Part shown: piece by piece, positions 56,223 through 64,000 of the stretch | How the letters are laid out: each line of letters opens with the position of its first letter | Numbering within the stretch: the stretch's first letter is position 1 | Assembly: GCA_963847445.1 (NCBI GenBank) | Contig: CAWJZV010000018.1 | Span: 91,322 to 155,321 of the forward strand | Direction of reading: 5' to 3' | Length of the DNA stretch: 64,000 bases | DNA from: an uncultured delta proteobacterium | GTDB lineage: Bacteria > Desulfobacterota > Binatia > UBA9968 | Notes under the pieces: model-generated | What the model saw: only the letters and a program-made list of their open reading frames with translations | What the model was told of the DNA's origin: nothing | Database searches by the model: none | Made by a program: the position numbers and the translations under genes

Positions 56223-56652
56223 AGTTTCGCGAGGTCGACTGTTACTGCCAAATTGTCGGGGACCTCTCACCACGAAGTGATTCATGTGTTTACGCAAGCG
56301 CACGGATAATGAAAATAGCCACGAAGGATGTGGTGAGTCCGCGAACGCATCGAGCTTGCAACTTGCCAACGATGCGGTTCCCTTTGGTCACCACATCCTA
56401 CAAACCCATGCCCGGTATTTTAAAAGGAGGCACGAAGCGCACAAGTTTGGACGGGGCGGGATCGCCCTCCACATCCTAGGGCGAATCATAACTCGCCCCT
56501 ACAGCCGAAATTCGTCTTGGGATGTTATTTTGCGTTCCTTTGCGTTCTTTGCGGCCATTCTTCAATTCGGTTGCGGCTTCGCTGCTGCATGAGGCACTTC
56601 GTGGTGAAAACGAATTTTCTTCAATTGCGTAGTCGAACAGCGATGGAGAAGA

Positions 56653-57500
56653 CTAGCGGCGCGAGATCGATGCGGCGAATTTCAGCACCAGGGCGTTGAA
56701 CCGTTCCGGCTCGTCGACAAATAATGCGTGGCCGGCGTCCTTGAAGACTTCCACCTCTGTGCCAGGGCGGTTTTTCCGGAGATTCTGCGCCTGCTCCTCG
56801 AACTGCGGCGTGACGACATAAAGCAGCGGTTTCTTGAAGGCGTGAGCGATCTCCTTCCAATGCGTGCGCGGGAACGGATAAGACAACAGCGCGATACTTT
56901 GCTGCAACGACATGCGCTTGGCGCCGTCTGACCAGTGCGGCGACTTCGGCATCGCTGCGGGCGGACTTGAAGATCGCCCGGACAAAGCCATCCAAAGATT
57001 TGTCGCGATCGTCGCGCAACGCTTGCAAAAATGTTCCGCCCGGCGCCGGCGCCGGTTCCTCGCCGACAGAGCTGTCGACCAGGACCAGCCCCGCCAACAC
57101 GATCGGCGCCGAACATATGAATATATTGCAACGACTCGATGGCGCCGAGGGACCAGCCCACCAGCAGGACGTTTTTTAGCGGATCGAGGAATTCTTTAAG
57201 ATCGCTAGCGCGCCGCTGGGCGGTAAAACCGTCCGCGGGCACCTGCGATTCCCCCTGGCCGCGCGGATCGATGGCCAGCGTGTGGTAGCTGCGGCCAAAC
57301 TCTGCCAATTGATTCTGCCAGATATTGGCCGGCATCGACCAGCCGGTGACCAGCGCGATCTTGAGCTCATCGCTCGCGCCATGTTCCCGCCCCGACTCGA
57401 GGATGGAAAGCGCCACCCCGTCGCTAGTTTGTAGCGAGCGGCGGGCGATTTGCGTGGTGCAGCCTTGTGCCATCAAGACAAGACAGCTGACGAAGCACAA
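56653..57500 (-). CDS. Alpha/beta hydrolase (non-heme chloroperoxidase-like), frameshifted
   Basis: GWSMP..W, DPRGQGES, VGWSLG, AGHALFVDEPERFN. Confidence 0.8.
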
Positions 57501-57510
57501 TTGTCGCAGA

Positions 57511-58688
57511 CTAATTTGAATTTCGTTCCTTACTCGCGAGGATCAAACCACCCTGGCTGGCGCGCCAATGATAACCAAAGGGAAAGGGCAAGTCACTGGC
57601 CGGAATTTTTGCCTTAAAGGCGCTGTCGAGATCTTTTTGATAACCATAACCCATCGGCTTGATCGGCTTTTGATATTTGCCGTAGAGCTTCACCTGCCAA
57701 GGCGATTGGTTGATGTAGCGAAAGGGAATGCCGGTGTCGTCTTGGATCAAGACATCCGCTGACTCCAGCAACATCGTCCTGGTCTTGGAAAACTGATTAT
57801 CGTGCAACAGGTACGACGCCGATTTGATCAGCGCGCTGGCGGGACGGTTCTGACCCACCCAGTTGACAAAATCCGGATAGTATTCCAGGGCCTTGTCAGT
57901 AGCATCTAAAGAAAAATAGTAGAGCTGCTGGACGCCGGCACCGCACTGGGATTGGAGAACTCTATGCGCACGCCGCGCAAGGTCACACGCGGCCGTTTCT
58001 CTTCCAGTGTGTCATAAGCTTTGGTCAGCTCCGGAAACAAATCGATGGGTTCGATACGAACGATGCGGCGATTCATCAACGCCATCATCGTCGCCATCAC
58101 CGGCACGGTGCCGCGCACCCAGGGGGTGGTCAGCTGTTTGTTCATGTAGGAAGTAATAAAGTAATTGCGCTCGAAGATATCGCGAAAGGCGCCACGCACG
58201 TCGGTCAATAGCTTGCCGAACTGTAGCGTCGTCACCGATTCGAGATCGGGCAAGGCACCGGGCCGCTCCAAACTAAAGAAAACATAACGAAAATGATCCG
58301 GAAAGAACGCGTAAGCGTTGAAAAAATCCGGGCCGCTGAACGGATAGAGCAGGGTCTTTTTCTGGGCATTGGCGACTTTAACTTCGTGATCGCGCCATCC
58401 TTCGACGGTCTTGATCCGGCCGCGCACCTCAGCCCATTGCGCCGTCATCCACTTCTGGTGCTCTTTCCAAGCATCCAGCTCGAGCAAACGATTCAACACT
58501 GGATCGGGTGGATTCGGCGTTATTCCAGCCAGGATCTGCGCCGTGGCGGTGGCGCGCCGATTGAATTCCGCGGGCGGCGCGTCAATCGCGGTTACTGTCC
58601 CAACCGCCGCCAGCAGGGCGCCTGCGATCAGCCAACCAAGGTTCATCCGTACGGTAAACAATTGAAAATTCATCCTTTTAAAATTCAT
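57511..58688 (-). CDS. Conserved secreted hypothetical protein (frameshift near 57930)
   Basis: Signal peptide, LLYPFSGPDF, LIKSASYLLH, IQDDTGIPF, LPFPFGY. Confidence 0.65.
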
Positions 58689-58948
58689 AACTTATTACCA
58701 AGACTCAATCAAACCTTTCCCATGCTGGGAGCCACAAGCGGCCGTGATATAGAAAACTTTCGTGGATTAGACGATAAGAATACCATTTTCCCGCGGCGAT
58801 GTGTCAATTGCTTCAGAGATCCTAATGATCATCCCTTAGGACGCGAAGACCGGCTGGACGCTATTGATCGCTTTCCATCCGCCGCCGCATGGGATAAGAA
58901 ACGGCTGCACCTCTCGTTCGCACGGAATCATTACGGGAGGAGAACAAC

Positions 58949-59657
58949 GTGTCAGGTTGGAAAGCGCGCATCGGCTACCTGTCGCCGTCGGTATTTGAAA
59001 CGCCGTCGGATTGGGATCTCATCCTGCCCGAAGGCTTCACCATCGTCTCCTCCGGATTGAACGTTCAATCGCACACCGAGGCGGAGTTCAACAAAGCGAT
59101 CGACGCTCTGGGCGCGGGCCTCGGCATTTTCAAAGCCGAAGAGTGCGACGCGATTATCATGGGCGGCATCACCCTCGGCACCCAGCGCGGTTACGCCGTC
59201 GAGCAAGAAGTGGTCGCCAAGCTGTCCCAGCAGGTCGGACTGCCGGTCAGCACCGCGATGAGCGCCACGGTCGAAGCGCTCAAACATCTGAGCGTCAAAT
59301 CCACGGTGATTGCGACAGCTTATAAAGAATCTATCAACCAAGTCGTTAAGAAATACTACGACGATGGCGGCATCAAAGTGCTGGCGATCAAAGGGCTTGG
59401 AGGTTGCCAAACCGGTGGACCAGGTCAAGCTGCCGGACTACTCGTCCTACAAAGTCGCCCGCGAACTGTGGCGGCAAAATCCCGGCGCCGAAAGCCTGCT
59501 GCTGCAGGGGCGCTGGCGCACCGTCGCCTATGTGCAGGAGTTGGAAAACGACACCCGGCTGCCGGTGGTCGCCTCTACGGCCGCGTCGCTATGGTGGGTG
59601 ATGCGAACGCTGAGTATCAAAGCGCCCGTCCCCGGCTTTGGCCGGTTACTCGCCTGA
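58949..59657 (+). CDS. Arylmalonate decarboxylase/maleate isomerase-like protein (frameshift near 59400)
   Basis: WKARIGYLSPS, DAIIMGGIT, ATVEALKHL, ATAY, ELENDTRLPVVAST, GFGRLL. Confidence 0.75.
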
Positions 59658-59937
59658 TCGATTCGCGCGAAATTGACGCGCTTCGTCGACAGGAAGACTC
59701 GACATCACTCGCCTAACCAGACCACTTGGGGCGCGCGCTTCTCGGCAACGGGTTTTTCTGCAGTTCATCGTCGCCCCGCTCAAATCTTCACCCGTGAGCA
59801 GCTCGTAAAGTTTGCCCATGGCCGCCGGGCTGTTGAAGCGCTTGAAGCCGGCGGTTTCGTGCGCGAGTAGACTGGAAGTCCATCCGTCATCTTTTTTATT
59901 CTTGCCCATCTCTCCATTACTCCAACACTCCAATCCG

Positions 59938-60243
59938 TCACTTGTGCCCAAGACCCGCCGCGGTAAAATTCCCCGCGCCCATGATCTGGTGCACTTCCCA
60001 TTCGAGCAATTCGCAAGAGCAAAATCCTGCCGCCGTGTAGGGGTCGCTGGCAGCGATCTTCGACGCCTCGTCTTTAGAATCGGCGCGAATCACATAGATG
60101 CCATACTTCCGGTCGGTAGTCGGCCCGGAAAAAAGTATCCTTCCGGCGTCATGCTGCTGCTTCATCCAGACAAGATGCTGATCCAACGACACCGTCCACT
60201 GATCGCGCGGCTTGGTAGCCTGGCGCAGAGTTAAATACCACAT
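59938..60243 (-). CDS. YciI family protein
   Basis: LDQHLVWM..GRILFSGP..GIYVIRADS..IAASDPY. Confidence 0.8.
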   Translation of the reverse strand: MWYLTLRQATKPRDQWTVSLDQHLVWMKQQHDAGRILFSGPTTDRKYGIYVIRADSKDEASKIAASDPYTAAGFCSCELLEWEVHQIMGAGNFTAAGLGHK

Positions 60244-60705
60244 GGGGCCTCCTCGAGTGATCTGAATCTTACGTATTCGACTAATTCACGCTGCTCATTT
60301 CTGCGCCAATGGTTATGCTGAGGCAGGTCGGCTGTCAAGAAAATTTCGCCCACGGTAGCGAGCACTGAACCTCCCTACACTGCAGGCGGATTTATGGGTT
60401 GTTGTGATGACTTATTCGCTAGGAAAACATCCTAGTGTCGTTAGATTTGCTCCCGTAGGCCAAACTGAGGAAAGTGGCGAGGACAGAACGCCAAAACTAA
60501 ATTAGCAGGATCGTAAAAAGCCGACGCGTCAGTGCATAACGCCCATTACGTGGAAACAGGGAACAATAAGCAAATTACCAAAGCCTGGCACCGATTCTGA
60601 TGCCTTGTCCGGTAGGGGCTCGAAGAAAAACACCAACCAATAGAGCGGACGAAGAAAACACATCGAGTTTAGCAGCCATAAGAATGACCTCCTCATGCGA
60701 GGGGT

Positions 60706-61315
60706 TTAGAACTGAGAGACAAGCCCGGCCAATTTTCTATGAATGTTGAGAAGCCTGATCACGTTTGGGATTTCGTCGTTTGGTGTACCACTTGAAATAT
60801 CGAGGCTTTCAGGTCCAGTGTAGCGCCTCATCTCCTGTTGGGTCCTGAGCTTCGGCAGTTGGGCTACCGCGCCCGCCCCAGTCATGGCTTTGACCATCTC
60901 CTCTTGAGGACTCACTTTCACATGACCAGTCGGGAATGGACCATAGCCCGGCATGAATATCCCTACGCTTGGTCGATCCACGACATACGTGAAAGGATTC
61001 CAGTCAATTCCTGGAGAGCCATTGACAGAAAATTCGCCTTTGGCGTCAGTCAGCGCCTCCTTAGCGGAATGAAAGCTCCGTGAGCCGTTCATCGAGATCG
61101 CCGTCTTCGTTCCAGACAATCACGAAGACAGCACCTTCCAGCGGTTGTCCGGTTTCCGCATCCACCACTTTTCCACGATAGGTTTGAGCCATTGCGTATG
61201 TTGGCGATCCGAAGTTAAACAGAATGCTGAAGGCTAGCATGCCGAGCCAATATCGCCAGACGAAGCTGGCGCCACACCCGCTATGCGGGATTGAAGGCCG
61301 TGTTTCGTGATTCAT
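60706..61315 (-). CDS. Secreted protein with carboxypeptidase-regulatory-like domain (frameshift near 61110)
   Basis: YRGKVVDAETGQPLEGAVFVIVW..EALTDAKGEFSV..IFMPGYG. Confidence 0.68.
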
Positions 61316-61473
61316 CGTAGTCCGTTCCCTTAAAAAATTGATACACAATACGCTGTTCCCTTCGGACGAAAATAACACCATGGAAGGACAGTCAGTTTCT
61401 CCTTTAATAACACTCCATCTCATCTTCTGAATCGGCCTAATACATTCACACGGTGATTCGTTTGCCTTGTCAT

Positions 61474-62337
61474 TCATCGTCCTAGCGCGATGGCAATGGT
61501 CCCCGTCACCACGGCGATTGTGCCCAGAATCGTAATCGCCGTGATTTTCTCTTTGCCGCGCAGAAATATCATCGAGATCACCAGACTGAAGAGCGGCGTT
61601 GTGGCAACGATGGGCGAGACGATGACGACGCGGCCGGTGGTGAGGGCCATCAGGGTCAGCAAAGCGCCGAGTGCTTCGAAGAATCCCGATAGGGAAAAGT
61701 CGATGACCGCGCGCCGATGCCAGACCAGTTTCCGCTCTCCACTGGTCCACAGCGTATACGGGATGGCGCCGATCAATGAAACGATCGCGACGACGAAACT
61801 GAAAAACACCGGCTCGTTGGTCATGGTCAATCCGTAGCGCCGCAGCGGAAACGCCACGCCGGCGAGAAATCCGGCGACGGTGGAGTAAACCACATGCCAC
61901 CAGCGGTAGCTCGGCGGCGCCGCTTCCGGCTTCCAGGAAATCATCACCACGCCGGCGACGACTAGTAGTGTGCCGAGCATGATCGCGACGCCGGCGCTTT
62001 CACCCATCAGTGCGATGGCGATTACCGCGCTCCATAGTGGATAACTATTGCGCAGCGGCTGGCTGCGCGACGTGCCGATCTTTTGCAAGCCGATAAAAGT
62101 CAGCAAGCTGATCCCCGTTTGCATCACGCCGAGGATGACAAACACGATCAACGCAGCCATCGCGAAGCCGGGCACGCCGCCGAACAAAACTACCGCTGCG
62201 CCAAGGGTGATCGTGCGCGCGGCCAAGGAAACGATGGTGGCGGTTAGCGGTGTCGAATGGCGCAGGCCAAGCCAGCCATAGACGGCAAACAGGGCAAAAG
62301 AAATCGACGCCAGTAGTGCGGTGACTTCGGAGCTCAT
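61474..62337 (-). CDS. EamA/DMT family transporter
   Basis: About 10 TM helices in two repeats, IALMGE, GRVVIVSPIVATTPLF..FLRGKEKIT. Confidence 0.85.
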   Translation of the reverse strand: MSSEVTALLASISFALFAVYGWLGLRHSTPLTATIVSLAARTITLGAAVVLFGGVPGFAMAALIVFVILGVMQTGISLLTFIGLQKIGTSRSQPLRNSYPLWSAVIAIALMGESAGVAIMLGTLLVVAGVVMISWKPEAAPPSYRWWHVVYSTVAGFLAGVAFPLRRYGLTMTNEPVFFSFVVAIVSLIGAIPYTLWTSGERKLVWHRRAVIDFSLSGFFEALGALLTLMALTTGRVVIVSPIVATTPLFSLVISMIFLRGKEKITAITILGTIAVVTGTIAIALGR

Positions 62338-62484
62338 GTTCGGTTGGCTCCATCGGGTGTACTAGAGCCTTGCCGGCCAGTCAAAGGATGGACAAAGCAC
62401 AGGCATCTTACCTATCGCCCATCTTTTCGTATATAATCCGAACCGTTCCAATTAAGTTCTACGACATATCATCAAGGAGCACCC

Positions 62485-64000
62485 ATGCGCCGAACCGTTA
62501 CCGGAATATTCATCGTCCTGCTCTTCGCCCTGGCTCGCGCCACGCCTCGGCGCAGGATCAGATACGCGATCTGGTCGTCAAGATTCATGCGGTTCAGCAT
62601 GCTCCGGACTTGCTCCGGCCATGGGCGAAAAATAGTCCTCAACAGGTGAAAGGCTCCGGCGTGGTTATCGACGGCCGACGGATTCTCACCAACGCCCATG
62701 TGGTGAAACATGCCAGCCAAATCTACGTGCAACCGAACCAATCGGCGAGCCATATTTCGGCGCGGATCGAAGCGATCACCCCAGGGATGGATCTGGCAAT
62801 CCTGAAACTGGACGACGAATCATTTTTCGATAAGCGCGGCGCCCTACCCTTCGCCCAAGAACTGCCGCGGGTCAAAGACAACATCAACGTCTATGGCTAT
62901 CCTACCGGCGGCACGGAGCTCTCGGTGACCCAAGGAATCATATCGCGAATCGAGTACACCGACTATTATTACCAGGCCACCGGCTTGCGGATTCAGTCGA
63001 CGCCGCGCTCAACTTCGGCAACAGCGGCGGCCCGGCGGTGACTCAGACGGCAAGCTGGTTGGGTTGGTGTTTAGCTTGATTCAAAACGCGCAGAATATCG
63101 GCTATCTGATTCCAGTCGAGGAGATTCAGCTGTTTTTGAACGACATCAAAGACGGCGTCTACGACGGCAAACCGCAGACCATGACTTGATTCAAACCGTC
63201 GAGAACGACGCGCTGCGGACCCGCGCCTCGGCCTGCCCAAGGGCGTCAACGGCGTCATGGTCTCGCAGCCTTATCGCGAAGATTCCGCGTATCCGTTGAA
63301 GGAGTGGGACGTCATCACTAGCAGTCGGCGACACGCCCGTCGACAGCGACGGCAAGTGGCGATTCGTTACGACCTGCGTTTTCGGCGTCCTATCTGGTGT
63401 CGAGAAAGTATGCCAAGAACGGGCTGCTGCCGCTTACGGTTTATCGCGCGGCAAATTGATCGAGATCAAGTTGCCGGTGCGTTCGCAAAGGGAATTGGTC
63501 ATTCCTTACTTGCTGGACGCCAACCCGCGTTTTTCATCTTCGGTCCGTTTGTCTTTTCCCAAACGACGCAGGACTATCTTGATCGGCTCGGCAATCAACG
63601 CGCCGTTCCATCGGCCGGAGCCCGAGTCCGCTGGTGACGCGACGATACGACCGGCCCGCGTTTGATGACGAAGAGCTCATCGTCGTTGCCTCGCCGCCTG
63701 TTTCCCCACCGTATAACCAGAGGATACGACGCTGCTATCGCGCCGTGCTGAGCGAGGTCAATGGCATTCTGGTGCGCAACCTGCGCCACTTGGTCGAACT
63801 GCTGCGCGACAATCGCGACGAGCAGATGAGCTTTAAGTTTCCTCGTGCGGGCGTGTTGACCCACGAGACCATGGTGTTCAATCGCGCCGATCTCTTGAAC
63901 GCGACGGGCAAAATTCTCGAAGAGAATGGCATCCGTTATCCCTATTCGCCGGACCTCCGCGCGGTTTGGGAGCTGCGCCAACCGGGTCAAAGTCCGCGCA
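62485..64000 (+). CDS. HtrA/Deg-type trypsin-like serine protease with PDZ domains (frameshifted, reaches the right edge)
   Basis: GSGVVI..ILTNAHVV (His), DLAIL (Asp), AALNFGNSGGP (Ser), ENGIRYPYSPDL. Confidence 0.82.

Noticed and set aside
59646-59951. 101-aa minus-strand ORF
   Set aside because: It begins in a GGAGTGTTGGAGTAATGG repeat and has no recognisable homology.
3948-64000. Widespread frameshifts read as mass pseudogenisation or programmed frameshifting
   Set aside because: Indels are scattered across unrelated genes, often in homopolymers, with almost no in-frame stops and intact catalytic motifs. This fits long-read consensus error better.

Overview
This is a GC-rich bacterial genomic window. 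The gene content (orphan NMT1/SsuA-type binding proteins, Amidohydro_2 enzymes, a Rieske oxygenase) suggests an uncultured deltaproteobacterial or Binatia-like organism, which is an inference. Many genes are split by single-base indels, most likely long-read consensus errors, so I stitched CDSs across frames. The left ~36.6 kb is an almost entirely minus-strand envelope/sulfatase island. It encodes a PPIase, a Tat-exported DUF3604 protein, two Cys-type arylsulfatases, an octaheme cytochrome-HEAT/TPR protein, several beta-barrels and lipoproteins, DUF4105, DUF4410, OmpA, YSC84, DUF2950 and DUF3300. It ends in a five-PAS sensor kinase, a FixJ-type regulator, a receiver-only protein and an AraC regulator. 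The most striking unexplained signal is a 20-bp palindrome, TATTGGAC-YTTR-GTCCAAYA, that occurs six times, only in island intergenic regions. In three copies it is centred ~32 bp upstream of a TANNNT -10-like box, which points to an undescribed regulon run by the island's own two-component system. The island also carries short relics of duplicated or deleted genes and a palindromic repeat inserted inside the cytochrome gene. The right ~27 kb holds gor, a radical SAM enzyme, MFS, ParB-like, an aromatic-acid catabolism-like cluster, two arylmalonate decarboxylase/maleate isomerase homologues lacking the catalytic cysteines, and an HtrA-type protease, with many REP/MITE-like intergenic repeats. 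No rRNA, tRNA, CRISPR array or transposase was seen.
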